A DNA stretch of 64,000 nucleotides from Candidatus Zhuqueibacterota bacterium (GCA_049322915.1 JBMOPW010000034.1:288001-352000); one strand, 5' to 3'; shown: positions 33,211-43,370, counted from the first letter of the stretch. The notes: generated by a model not told the origin, from the sequence alone. A program made the numbers and translations.

Positions 33211-33256
33211 AAAAAGTGAGGATTCCTAAACGAGATGTTTAGGAATCCTGTCACTT
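33211..33256 (-). terminator. Strong intra-operonic stem-loop
   Basis: 13-bp stem AGGATTCCTAAAC (33219-33231) / GTTTAGGAATCCT (33237-33249), U-run on the minus strand. Confidence 0.75.
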
Positions 33257-33261
33257 GAGTC

Positions 33262-35022
33262 TTACTTCAAATAAAGCATCTTTTTGACTTGCTTGAATGT
33301 TCCGGCATTGATCTCGTAGAAATAAACACCGCCAGCGACCGATTTTCCAAACATGTCGCTTCCATCCCAGGCGATCGTATGTAAGCCTGCTAATTGAGTT
33401 TTATCAACTAACGTTTTGATTTTTTGTCCCAGGAGATTATAGACCGTAAGCTTTACCAATCCAGCCTCGGGCAGGGAATAGGTAATTTCAGTTGTTGGAT
33501 TAAATGGATTGGGGTAGTTTTGCAACAGCTCGAAATCCGCTATTTGGCCAGGTGCATTTACTTCGATGCCTGTATTATATTCTTTGGCAACTTTAATATT
33601 GGATACCATCGCCGGACCCGAGGTCGTGCTATAAAATACCCCCACATTTCGCAAGGAATCCACGCCAATCTGGGCCGTGCGAAATGTATAATCATTCGCC
33701 AGCAGCATTTCAGAACCGTCAGGTGGCGTCACCCAGACATCATACAGGCTGGCGGGGATGTCGCCGCCAATGCGCAGATGATACGGCTTACCCGGCTCAT
33801 AGGGAATATCAACATCTTTGGCATAGGTGTTCCCGTTACGCGCTTTGATAAAATTATCAGCCGCGAATTGAACGAGACAGGCAAAGTCATTGAACTGGGC
33901 TGGGCTATTGCTCTTCGAGATGCCGACGCCGCCGTCAAGGCCTGCACGGAATGGTGTAACATCCAGTTCCACGACAAACGTTTGGGTGAGAAAAACACCC
34001 AAAGGATGATTGTTGGTATAAACCCATTGCTGCGGAAGTTTATGGGTCACGTAAACATTGTACGCTTTGGCGGGTCCGATGCGGGTGTTGTAAAAAGCGC
34101 CCCAATTCCGCAGCGAATCGACGCCGATCTGTGCGGTGCGGAATTGATAGCTATCCGCAATCAGCGTTTCCGCGCCTTCGGGAGGCGTGACCCAAACACT
34201 GTAGGTGCTGGTGAGAATGTCGCCCGAAATTTTAACATGATATATTTTGAATGGCTCGTAGGTGACATCAGCGACTTTGGCATACGTTCCGCCGTTCCGA
34301 ACCTTAATAAAATTATCCGTGGCAAATTGCACCAGACACGCGTAATCGTTCCAGGTGACGGGATTATCGGTTTTGCAGATTCCAATCCCGCCATCGAGCG
34401 CCAGCATCGCTGGCTCTACATCCATCTCCACGGTGAACGAATCTGTCAACGCCATGTTGAGTGAGGTGATATTGGTATGCACCCAGTCGCCCCCCGCGGG
34501 TGAATAGGCGATATAGACATTGGAAACCAGGGGAAAACCAATGGCATCGTCATAAAATAGTCCCCAGTTCCGCAGGGAATCAACCCCAACCTGAGCGGTC
34601 CGAAAGGTGTAATTTGCGGCAAGCTGAGTTTCAGTTCCACCTTCAGGAGTCACCCATACACTATATTTGCTGGTTTTCACATTTCCCGTGATCCGAAAGA
34701 AAAAAGATTCTCCGGGTGTGTAGGGGATATCCACATCCTTGGTATAGCTATCGCCATTGCGGACTTTGAGCACATTGTCGACACTGAACTGCACCAGGGC
34801 GGCATGATCGTTGAACGCCATGGGCGTCGCTGATTTTAACAGAGAAAAACCACCATCCAATGCGGCTAAGGGTGATTGGGCATTCATTTCAACGACAAAC
34901 GAATCAGTGATGGCATAACGCAGGGGAAATGCTTTTTGAATCCAGGCGGAATTAGCCGGCACAACAAAAATAATGCAAATTGCCAGGCTTAAAATTAGCT
35001 GTGAAACAAAACTTTTTTTCAT
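33262..35022 (-). CDS. T9SS-sorted protein with three tandem ~153-aa beta-rich repeats
   Basis: Three copies of LDGG...LVQF...RNG.(S/T)Y.K...Y.VWVTP...FRTAQ(V/I)GVDSLRN; C-terminal QNYPNPFNP. Confidence 0.85.
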   Translation of the reverse strand: MKKSFVSQLILSLAICIIFVVPANSAWIQKAFPLRYAITDSFVVEMNAQSPLAALDGGFSLLKSATPMAFNDHAALVQFSVDNVLKVRNGDSYTKDVDIPYTPGESFFFRITGNVKTSKYSVWVTPEGGTETQLAANYTFRTAQVGVDSLRNWGLFYDDAIGFPLVSNVYIAYSPAGGDWVHTNITSLNMALTDSFTVEMDVEPAMLALDGGIGICKTDNPVTWNDYACLVQFATDNFIKVRNGGTYAKVADVTYEPFKIYHVKISGDILTSTYSVWVTPPEGAETLIADSYQFRTAQIGVDSLRNWGAFYNTRIGPAKAYNVYVTHKLPQQWVYTNNHPLGVFLTQTFVVELDVTPFRAGLDGGVGISKSNSPAQFNDFACLVQFAADNFIKARNGNTYAKDVDIPYEPGKPYHLRIGGDIPASLYDVWVTPPDGSEMLLANDYTFRTAQIGVDSLRNVGVFYSTTSGPAMVSNIKVAKEYNTGIEVNAPGQIADFELLQNYPNPFNPTTEITYSLPEAGLVKLTVYNLLGQKIKTLVDKTQLAGLHTIAWDGSDMFGKSVAGGVYFYEINAGTFKQVKKMLYLK

Positions 35023-35201
35023 TGCTGATTCTCCTAAAATTTAGTAAACCACAAACACAGGATTTATCAAAATAAAATTACGTTGCCCTGATAGTTAATC
35101 AAATGAAATAGCACACTTTCAATGATACTACTCCCCCATTCTGTTTAATAACAATTTCCCCGATTGCAACATTTCTCCGTATGCCAGGGAGGTACGCCAG
35201 A

Positions 35202-36269
35202 TTATTTCACCAGCATCATCTTTTTTATCTGAAAAGCTCCTCCAGATTCCAGCTTATAAAAATAGATACCCGATGGCTGGTGTGATGCATCGAAGGTGAT
35301 GTTATGAATTCCAGCCTGAACCATCCCATCAATCAGAGTTGCCACGAGCCGTCCCTGAACATCAAAAATTTGAAGCGTCGCCCGTCCAGGTCGTGACAGA
35401 TTAAAATGAATATGAGTTGTTGGATTGAATGGATTGGGATAATTCTGGGATAGGGAAAATTCAACAGGCGCATGGACTGAATTTTGTGCGACTGACGTGC
35501 TAATTATTTCGTCCAATAAATAAGCTTTGCCAGTAAACAGCGTCGAATCCTCATGTGTGGTGGATGAATCGCTGTTCCATTGGTAAAATGTTTGCGGATA
35601 TTTTTTTTCTCCTGCCAGATCATCATCCCGTCCTCGAAATTCCAATGGAATCCAGCCAGAATCGGGAGCGCCCAAAAAAGCCTGCCACTTAATGAACACT
35701 TCCGCGGTATAAGTATTATTTCCTTCCTCAATCCAGGCGCATTCGATGTCTTCTGGAAAGGTCCACTGCATCTCATAGGAAGCTTTCACTTCAACGGGAT
35801 TCTTGACTATCCAGGCAAATTCCCAGATTTGTTGGGTCTCACCGCCTACCGGGGTTTGCAGATCACTGGTGGTTAGCCAATTGAACGAGTCATCCCGCCA
35901 CCAACGCGGGGTCGGCGTTTGCGAACCGTCCCAATCTGCTGTCCCTTCGTTATCAAATACCAGGATGTCATCGACGATTCGTACCAGAAAATAGATACCA
36001 TCCTCATTCCAGAGAGCGCCAAAATTGATTTTATAATCACTATCAGGCGGATTGGGATCGATTCCATGCGTCGCGGTATAGTCCTTTACTACCGTATTAC
36101 AGGGCTCCATCTGGACCTTGTTCCAGATTTCCTCTACTTGTCCATCGATTTGAATTGGATTGGCAGGATCAACTTTGTAAATATTATAACTTTTCTGCCC
36201 GAATACTGCTGATTGAAAAACAAACACCGCAAGAGTGAAAATTCCGAGAATTTTTAAAATGCATCTCAT
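35202..36269 (-). CDS. T9SS-sorted CBM9/DOMON-like sugar-binding protein
   Basis: PIQIDGQVEEIW, ALWNEDGIYFLVRIVDD, YTAEVFIKW; C-terminal QNYPNPFNP. Confidence 0.7.
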   Translation of the reverse strand: MRCILKILGIFTLAVFVFQSAVFGQKSYNIYKVDPANPIQIDGQVEEIWNKVQMEPCNTVVKDYTATHGIDPNPPDSDYKINFGALWNEDGIYFLVRIVDDILVFDNEGTADWDGSQTPTPRWWRDDSFNWLTTSDLQTPVGGETQQIWEFAWIVKNPVEVKASYEMQWTFPEDIECAWIEEGNNTYTAEVFIKWQAFLGAPDSGWIPLEFRGRDDDLAGEKKYPQTFYQWNSDSSTTHEDSTLFTGKAYLLDEIISTSVAQNSVHAPVEFSLSQNYPNPFNPTTHIHFNLSRPGRATLQIFDVQGRLVATLIDGMVQAGIHNITFDASHQPSGIYFYKLESGGAFQIKKMMLVK

Positions 36270-36484
36270 AACAGCCTCCCTACAAATAATTCTTGATTAG
36301 GAAAAGTTAATAAACTTACAACATTTAATAACACTGGTAACTTTAACTTGAATGGATTCACCCCCTTTCAATTTTTAGTTTTTTTTAAAGTTGTGTCCAC
36401 TATCGATCATTGGTTCAATTCGTTTCTCAAATCTTGATCTGGCAAGGTCGAAACCTAAAATCAGCGGATTGATACTGCATCGCT

Positions 36485-36548
36485 AAGTTAATTCTCTTTT
36501 TTAATTTTTGCAAGTCACACGGTTACAAAATTCTGTCACTATGTTACA
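36485..36548 (-). promoter_or_regulatory. Leftward PUL promoter with tandem operator boxes
   Basis: Minus strand TGTAACATAGTGACA-N6-TGTAACCGTGTGACT overlapping -35 TTGCAA, 17 bp, -10 TAACTT. Confidence 0.75.
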
Positions 36549-36619
36549 CCTTGAATATTTAAGAAGGCTATGAAAAATCAACCAGATTGAATCCGTTCAA
36601 CAGAAAACTATTTTCAATC

Positions 36620-36682
36620 GGTTACGCAGTGACTTGATTTTGTAACGTAATGACATGCAGGATATTTTTTTTTGATTATATT
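36620..36682 (+). promoter_or_regulatory. Rightward PUL promoter with tandem operator boxes
   Basis: GGTTACGCAGTGACT (36620-36634), N6, TGTAACGTAATGACA (36641-36655), then TGCAG and -10 TATATT (36677-36682). Confidence 0.75.
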
Positions 36683-36740
36683 TAGAAGTAAGTATTTAAC
36701 CAGGCAATATAACCAAATACAAAATATCGGAGCAACGAAA

Positions 36741-39353
36741 TTGAGTGCAGGTAATTCGAAACGATTAATTCGACGCTGGCAGCCTTTTATTTTCCCGGTG
36801 ATTTCGATCTTTCTTCTTCCACAATTTAGTCACACGCTCAGCGCACAAAACGAAATTTCAGTGACAGCATCACTCATCGCGCGAATTTTACCAGGCCAAA
36901 GCAATCAGTTCGTTATCGAAGTAATTCCAGCAGAGCAGGGACACGATGTCTTTGAATTGGCCGGGGAAAATGGGAAAATAATCCTGCGGGGAAATTCTGC
37001 TAATTCGTTGGCGGTCGCCCTGAATTGGTATTTGAAATATTTTTGTCTGACTTCTGTCTCCTGGTATGTCGATGTTCCGATCGAGCTGCCCCGTCATTTA
37101 CCGCCTGTCAACCAGACAATCAGAAAAGTAAATTCACAAAAAAACCGCTTCTTCTTTAACTATTGTACCTTTGGCTACACCATGGCATTCTGGCAATGGC
37201 ATGATTGGGAGCGCTTGATCGACTGGATGGCGTTGAACGGAATTAACATGCCGCTGGCAATCACGGGAACCGAATATATCTGGCAGGAAGTCTGGCGCCA
37301 GCATGGTTTTTCGGATGAGGAAATCCGAAGTTTTTTTACCAGTCCAGCCCATCTGCCCTGGTACCACATGTCCATGATTTCCCGCTGGGGTGGACCACTG
37401 CCGCAAAGTTACATCGATCATGGCTTTGCGCTGCAAAAAAAGATTCTGGCGCGTGAGCGGGAGTTGGGAATGACGCCGGTTTTGCCGGCTTTTTCAGGGC
37501 ACGTCCCCAAAGAACTGAAGAATAAATATCCCGAGATCAATATTTCAATTCTGGGAACTGGCTGGCACATGTTCCCCGAAGAAAACTATACTTATTTCCT
37601 CGATCCGTATGATTCGCTCTTTCCGCAAATTCAGCGGCAATTTTTGGAAGCACTGATCAATCATTATGGCACGGATCATATCTATGGCTCGGATCCCTTC
37701 AATGAGGTAACGCCGCCGAGTTGGGAGCCTGCTTACCTAGCAAAAACAGGACAGACCATCTACCATACGATGTCTGCCGTTGATCCCGAAGCGATCTGGT
37801 TGCAAATGGGCTGGTTATTCCACTACGATGCTATTCATTGGACACAGGAGCGAGTGAAGGCGTTATTGACCTCGGTACCCAGGGGGAAGATGATCATCCT
37901 GGATTATTTTTGTGAAAATACCGAAGTCTGGCGCAAGATGGAGTCCTTCTTTGGCGTGCCGTCCATCTGGTGCTACCTGGGTAACTTTGGCGGCCAGACG
38001 GCGATGTCTGGCCCTATTCAGCGAATCGATAGCCTGTTGACAAAGGCGTTTGCGGAAAATGAAAATATGTGCGGCATCGGCTCCACGCTGGAGGGGCTGG
38101 ATGTCAATCCTGTGGTTTATGAGTTTTTGATGGAAAAAGCCTGGCATGATAAAAAGATCGACCTCGGATCCTGGTTTCAAGATTATGCCCGCCGACGCTC
38201 GGGAAGCCATGATCCCGCCATTGAAACGGCCTGGCTGCTGCTGCGGGAAAAAGTTTATGGAAGTGATGACGGCGGGGGCGGCGCTGTTTTTCACTCACGC
38301 CCCAGGCTTTCTGGCAAACATGGCTTTGTTTATCCGAGCCGAAATTATCAGCAGCAAAAATATTATGACATTTGGGCATCTCTGATGAAAGCCGCTGCGC
38401 CTTCGCAGGCGCGCGACAGCTATCAATTTGACCTGGTGAATGTCATCCGACAGTACCTGGCAGAATTGTCGTTGCGCTTGCGGGATGAGATGGATTATGC
38501 TTTTCATGCTCAAAACCAAACCGTATTCCAGCAGGTCGCTGCAGAATTTCTGGCGCTAATCGCCGATCAGGATTTAATTTTAGCGACCCGCCCTGAATTT
38601 TTATTTGGTCAATGGATCAATGACGCCCGGGCGTTAGCGGCAAATGAAACAGAAGCCCGGCTCTACGAAAAAAGCGCCCGCAATCTGGTGACCACCTGGG
38701 GTCCGCCCTATATTCGGCTCACCGAATATTCCAGCAGAGATTGGGCGGGATTGACGAACAGCTATTATCTAAAACGCTGGGAAAAGTTCATCGAAATTCT
38801 GAACCACAATTTAACGACTAAAACAAATTTCAATTCCGAAGCATTCGAACAAAACATGCTGGACTGGGAATGGACCTGGATCAATTCGACCGCATCTTTT
38901 TCGAACGAACCAACTGGCAGCACTTTGACAATTGCCCAAAAATTATTCGAGAAATATTCGTCGCCTGAGTTTATGGAACGACGGCATCCTGTGTCACAAA
39001 AAATCGGCGAATGGAACGAGGAAAAGGTATCCGACCAGTTTGCGGCTGTTGAATGGGATGTGACAGAATTCGTTCAGCAGCCAGGCAATTATCTTGTTAA
39101 ATTCCAATATTATTTGGATAGCAAATCAAAACACGATCTGTTACTCAAATCGGTTGCCCTGGTGCAGGAAGATCAAATCATTGCAGAAGATATTCATGCG
39201 GGAATGACGGGAAGGGATAATCGGAATAACGATAACATTTACTCCCTGTCAGTGGGTGAAGTCAGGCAAGGAGCAAAATATACACTGCGGGCGATTGCCA
39301 GAATGGATGGCGGAATTTGTCGCGGATTTATTCAGATGTATCAGCTCAAGTGA
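36741..39353 (+). CDS. Alpha-N-acetylglucosaminidase, GH89, with an extra C-terminal domain
   Basis: NYCTFGYTM, WERLIDWMALNGIN, DPFNE and STLEG (the two catalytic Glu positions), NFGG. TTG at 36741 has a GGAG RBS; the ORF-track start 36672 lies inside the promoter. Confidence 0.92.
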   Translation: MSAGNSKRLIRRWQPFIFPVISIFLLPQFSHTLSAQNEISVTASLIARILPGQSNQFVIEVIPAEQGHDVFELAGENGKIILRGNSANSLAVALNWYLKYFCLTSVSWYVDVPIELPRHLPPVNQTIRKVNSQKNRFFFNYCTFGYTMAFWQWHDWERLIDWMALNGINMPLAITGTEYIWQEVWRQHGFSDEEIRSFFTSPAHLPWYHMSMISRWGGPLPQSYIDHGFALQKKILARERELGMTPVLPAFSGHVPKELKNKYPEINISILGTGWHMFPEENYTYFLDPYDSLFPQIQRQFLEALINHYGTDHIYGSDPFNEVTPPSWEPAYLAKTGQTIYHTMSAVDPEAIWLQMGWLFHYDAIHWTQERVKALLTSVPRGKMIILDYFCENTEVWRKMESFFGVPSIWCYLGNFGGQTAMSGPIQRIDSLLTKAFAENENMCGIGSTLEGLDVNPVVYEFLMEKAWHDKKIDLGSWFQDYARRRSGSHDPAIETAWLLLREKVYGSDDGGGGAVFHSRPRLSGKHGFVYPSRNYQQQKYYDIWASLMKAAAPSQARDSYQFDLVNVIRQYLAELSLRLRDEMDYAFHAQNQTVFQQVAAEFLALIADQDLILATRPEFLFGQWINDARALAANETEARLYEKSARNLVTTWGPPYIRLTEYSSRDWAGLTNSYYLKRWEKFIEILNHNLTTKTNFNSEAFEQNMLDWEWTWINSTASFSNEPTGSTLTIAQKLFEKYSSPEFMERRHPVSQKIGEWNEEKVSDQFAAVEWDVTEFVQQPGNYLVKFQYYLDSKSKHDLLLKSVALVQEDQIIAEDIHAGMTGRDNRNNDNIYSLSVGEVRQGAKYTLRAIARMDGGICRGFIQMYQLK

Positions 39354-39414
39354 GTTGCTGAAAATTTTTTCGCTTAAGGCATCGAATTCAATCTCTAATT
39401 TTCAGGAGTAAACA

Positions 39415-40467
39415 ATGAATCATCTCGAACGCTTTTACGCAACAGTGAATCGGGAACCCGTGGATCGACCGTGTACCTGGCTGGGCGTGCCGCATCCCGC
39501 GTCGCAGCGACAATTGCTCGACTATTTTCAGGTAAATACGGTGCCGGAGTTGAGTATCAAACTGGATGATGATATTATCCCGGTTGAAATCCCGTATCAC
39601 TCGCCAACGTCCGATGCAGTGACGATGGCGTTTGATTTTGCCCAAAAAGGAAAAATTGATATTGACCATCGAACGCTGAATTCACCTGGATTTTTTGAAA
39701 ATAAAACTGATCCTGGCAGCATCGATGAATTTCCCTGGCCCGATCCGACTTTGTACATCGATCCCAGAGAATGTGCAGCCGTCGTTGCCAATCTTGATCA
39801 AAATCACGCCGTGCTGGGTGTGCTCTGGTCGTGCCAATTTCAGGATGCCTGCGCCGCCTTCGGTTTGGAAAACGCCATGGTGACGTTGTACACCGCTCCT
39901 GAAATGTTCAGGGCGATTATTCAGCGGATTTTGCAATTTTATTTAAAAGCCAATGAAATCTTTTACGAAGCAACCCGGGGCAAGCTGCATGCGGTGCTCA
40001 TTGGCGATGATTTTGGCACCCAGAACAACCTGCTGCTAAATCCTGGATTGCTTAAAGAATACGTCTTTCCTGGCTCCAGACAACTGATTGATCAGGCGAA
40101 ATCGTACGGGCTGAAAGTGATTTATCATTCCTGCGGCTCGATTCGGGGAGTCATTCCTGATCTGATTGAATTAGGCGTGGATGTCATTCATCCGATTCAG
40201 GCATTGGCCAGGGGCATGGCGGCGGCAGAGCTGAAGCAGTCTTTTGGCGATAAAGTGGCGTTTTGCGGCGGCGTTGACACCCAAGTGCTGTTGAGCAACG
40301 GAACGCCGCAGCAGGTCGGTGAAGAAGTCATCCGCTTGCGGAAAATTTTTCCGACAGGATTGATCATTTCACCCAGCCACGAAGCATTACTGCCAGACGT
40401 GTCACCTGCCAATGTGGCGGCAATGTTTGAAGCGGCACACAGTAAATTATCTGAATTGAGAGATTGA
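39415..40467 (+). CDS. Uroporphyrinogen decarboxylase / MtaA-CmuA superfamily protein
   Basis: IGDDFGTQ, VIYHSCG, GVDVIHPIQ, FCGGVDTQ, SPSH. Confidence 0.85.
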   Translation: MNHLERFYATVNREPVDRPCTWLGVPHPASQRQLLDYFQVNTVPELSIKLDDDIIPVEIPYHSPTSDAVTMAFDFAQKGKIDIDHRTLNSPGFFENKTDPGSIDEFPWPDPTLYIDPRECAAVVANLDQNHAVLGVLWSCQFQDACAAFGLENAMVTLYTAPEMFRAIIQRILQFYLKANEIFYEATRGKLHAVLIGDDFGTQNNLLLNPGLLKEYVFPGSRQLIDQAKSYGLKVIYHSCGSIRGVIPDLIELGVDVIHPIQALARGMAAAELKQSFGDKVAFCGGVDTQVLLSNGTPQQVGEEVIRLRKIFPTGLIISPSHEALLPDVSPANVAAMFEAAHSKLSELRD

Positions 40468-42311
40468 TCATCGTGGATAGCCTGAAACAACCTAAATTGC
40501 CTTTTCAATATCGCATGGTATTCCTTCTCGTGAGTTATTTTTTCACGGGAATGGGTAGCTTAGCCCAGTGCGGATACAAAAAAATGGTATCGACTCAAAC
40601 AGGAGTAATCGTGAAAGATCTCCAGGGGACGTACAGGAACGGGCAGGTTTTTCTTACCTGGAATGAAACCGAAGCTCCAGCAGGAACAACCTTTAACGTG
40701 TACCTGGCGAACCGCCCATTCACCCGCGAGACAGTTCGACCAGAATATCGAATTGCCCATCGTATCGAGCCTCACAGCGCTCGGGATTGGTGGCGGGATC
40801 CGCATTCTTTTGTTTCAAAAAATGCTGATAACTTTAAACAATTTATGGGTGAATATTCAGACAATCCACCTGCTCCGGTTGGATTTGTCATCGAAAATGG
40901 CAGCAGTCCATTAAATCCCGCAGGTGGTTTATTCGTTCATACAGTAACACCCGAATCCAGTGGAAAATGCTATTTTGCCGTAACTTATACCACCGACCAG
41001 GAAAACTCAACGATCATTCCAGGATTGAATGCAACCGAAACGCCGTTGTTAACCGAAGTCGCCCCAGCCCAGCCAATTTATATCGGAGACCGCACGCCGC
41101 TCACCCGAACAGATGTTGCAGGGAAAAGTATTGAGTTTATTTTAAAAGGTCGGGGTAGTGGTTATACGGTGGCTGGTGATCATCCGCAGGAAGTGAATTA
41201 TCTCTTTTTTGGAAATATAAAGCAAGGCTGGCGCGAAGGTTTGCCATTTAAATTCGAGGCGGTTCTTGAAGCTGAAATTTTAAAAATTGTACCTTGTGAT
41301 CGGCAATGGACCGGCGGTCGCCCTGTGCTCGAATCAGCAGATCAACGGGATCACTGTCCAGCAATTAACACCTGGTATTATGGTTACAATCAAAATATCG
41401 CGGTGAGTAATCTGAATGATCCAAAAATCATCCCGAATTATACGGAAGAACAAATCCTCGGAATTTTAGATTGGGCGCAAAATTCATTGGGAGCGAATCC
41501 GAATCGTACCTACCTGACAGGGACTTCCATGGGAGGTTCGGGCTGTATTTCACTGGCTTTGCACTATCCCGAACGATTTGCTTTTGTTTATGCTCGCGTT
41601 CCTGCAGTCGCATATTTACCCCAAATGAATCTGAATCGTCTGGAATGTTTCTGCGGTCCATTGGATAACTCGGCAACCACGCATCTGGGAATGCCTTTTA
41701 TTGAACACATGAACGCAATTGTTCAAGTCGGAAAAACAACAGCCAATTTGCCCTATATCGTCATGTTGAGCGGACGGCAGGATCAATCCATCGCCTGGGG
41801 AAATAATCCACCATTCTTTCAGACGATGAATCACACACGACAGGGGATTACTGCCTTCTGGAGTGAAGAGGGACACTCCGATTATGATATAAATTTTATT
41901 GAAAAAGATTTTGCGCCACCTCGTGAGCGATTCAGCCTGGATCGGAGCTACCTGGTTTTTACCAACTGCCTGGCGAATCAGAATCCTGGCCGTGGTGATC
42001 CTTCAGACGGCGACCTGTCAGGATGGATCAACCGTGGTTTTGACTGGGAGCTGATCCTGGATACGCCAGAAGAATATGCGGCAACAATTTGGGTGAATTA
42101 TGAAGGAATAAAATACCCGATTTCGTTTGATTTGACTCCCAGGCGTGTTCAGAATTTTAGAATTGAAAAAGGAAAAGCTGTCGCCGTATTCATTGACAGG
42201 ATTCAAATCAGCACCGTGATACCTGATAACAACGGACTGGTTACCGTGCGCAATGTGCAGATATGCAATCCCGAAGGGATTCAATTCCAACTCAAACATA
42301 ATGTCGATTAA
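40464..42311 (+). CDS. Alpha/beta-hydrolase-fold protein, putative esterase
   Basis: GTSMGG nucleophile elbow, GRQD and GH completing a candidate triad; N-terminal hydrophobic stretch; start uncertain. Confidence 0.65.
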   Translation: MIIVDSLKQPKLPFQYRMVFLLVSYFFTGMGSLAQCGYKKMVSTQTGVIVKDLQGTYRNGQVFLTWNETEAPAGTTFNVYLANRPFTRETVRPEYRIAHRIEPHSARDWWRDPHSFVSKNADNFKQFMGEYSDNPPAPVGFVIENGSSPLNPAGGLFVHTVTPESSGKCYFAVTYTTDQENSTIIPGLNATETPLLTEVAPAQPIYIGDRTPLTRTDVAGKSIEFILKGRGSGYTVAGDHPQEVNYLFFGNIKQGWREGLPFKFEAVLEAEILKIVPCDRQWTGGRPVLESADQRDHCPAINTWYYGYNQNIAVSNLNDPKIIPNYTEEQILGILDWAQNSLGANPNRTYLTGTSMGGSGCISLALHYPERFAFVYARVPAVAYLPQMNLNRLECFCGPLDNSATTHLGMPFIEHMNAIVQVGKTTANLPYIVMLSGRQDQSIAWGNNPPFFQTMNHTRQGITAFWSEEGHSDYDINFIEKDFAPPRERFSLDRSYLVFTNCLANQNPGRGDPSDGDLSGWINRGFDWELILDTPEEYAATIWVNYEGIKYPISFDLTPRRVQNFRIEKGKAVAVFIDRIQISTVIPDNNGLVTVRNVQICNPEGIQFQLKHNVD

Positions 42312-42344
42312 AGTGAGATGAACTTCTTATTTGGAGGAATAGAC

Positions 42345-43370
42345 GTGAGTGATTTTACATTTTCGTTTGTCCTGATTCTTTTGGCAGGGCTTTTTCAGGG
42401 AACGTTTGGTCTGGGCATGAAGCGCTATTCGCCACTGGCGTATGAAGCGTTCTGGCTCATTTTTGCAGTCGTGGGGATGATTGTCGCGCCGTATCTCTGG
42501 GCTTCGGCCGTCGTTCCTGATGTCCTGGCCGCCATCTCTGCTGCGCCGATCCGCTCGATTTTGCTGGCGCTGGGGTTCAGTGCGTTCTGGGGACTGGGAG
42601 CGCTCATGTTTGGCATGGCGATTAATTATGTCGGATTATCCATTGCCTACGGCATCAGCATGGGTCTGGCTGCCGCCATCGGCTCATTGATCCCGTTATT
42701 TGAAATACCTGATATCAGTTCAAATCCTGCTGTTCCTTTCATCATTATTGGCGTGGTGGTGATGGTGCTCGGCGTGATTGTCGTGAGCTATGCTGGCGTG
42801 AAACGGGATAAAATGCTGGCTGGTGCCAGCAAAGAGGCATCCGTGATCAGGCAAGGCAAGCTGTTTAAAATTGGCTTGCTCTTCGCCGTTTTAAATGGTG
42901 TTTTTTCCGCATTTTTAAACATTGGTTTTACCAAAGCCGCGCCCGCAGCCCAGGCCGCCGTTGCCCAGGGAGCGTTGGAGCGCAACGCCAGTCTCGTGGC
43001 GTGGGTGGTCTGTTTGTTTGGCGGATGTCTCGTGAATATCATTTACGCCCTGGTCCAGCTCATCCGAAACAAATCATTATCCTCATTGGCCCAAAAAGGT
43101 GCTTTCAAAGGCATTCTGTGGGCGATTGGAACCGCGGTGCTCTTTTTTGCTGCGCTGGCCAGTTACGGCCAGGGTGCGGCGCTGATGGGCAAGCTCGGTC
43201 CTGTGTTGGGCTGGACCATGTTCATCGCCCTGGCATTGGTGATCAGCAACGCCTGGGGAATCAGCGGCGGCGAATGGAAAAATGTCCCGCGTCCATTTCG
43301 CATCCTGATGGCGGGCAATGCGATTCTCATCATTTCCTGGATGATTCTGGGGTATGCGAACAGCTTGTAG
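42345..43370 (+). CDS. L-rhamnose/H+ symporter RhaT family (DMT superfamily)
   Basis: About 10 TM helices; YEAFWL, YVGLSIAYGISMG, NAWGISGGEWK. GTG at 42345 has a GGAGG RBS; the ORF track starts at 42318. Confidence 0.82.
   Translation: MSDFTFSFVLILLAGLFQGTFGLGMKRYSPLAYEAFWLIFAVVGMIVAPYLWASAVVPDVLAAISAAPIRSILLALGFSAFWGLGALMFGMAINYVGLSIAYGISMGLAAAIGSLIPLFEIPDISSNPAVPFIIIGVVVMVLGVIVVSYAGVKRDKMLAGASKEASVIRQGKLFKIGLLFAVLNGVFSAFLNIGFTKAAPAAQAAVAQGALERNASLVAWVVCLFGGCLVNIIYALVQLIRNKSLSSLAQKGAFKGILWAIGTAVLFFAALASYGQGAALMGKLGPVLGWTMFIALALVISNAWGISGGEWKNVPRPFRILMAGNAILIISWMILGYANSL

Noticed and set aside
33424..34464. 346-aa plus-strand ORF, and similar long antisense ORFs such as 54632-55450, 29385-30083 and 3238-3963
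   Set aside because: Antisense to well-supported genes, with no recognisable motifs.
36672..36740. ORF-track N-terminal extension of GH89
   Set aside because: It overlaps the predicted -10 element; TTG 36741 with a GGAG RBS fits better.
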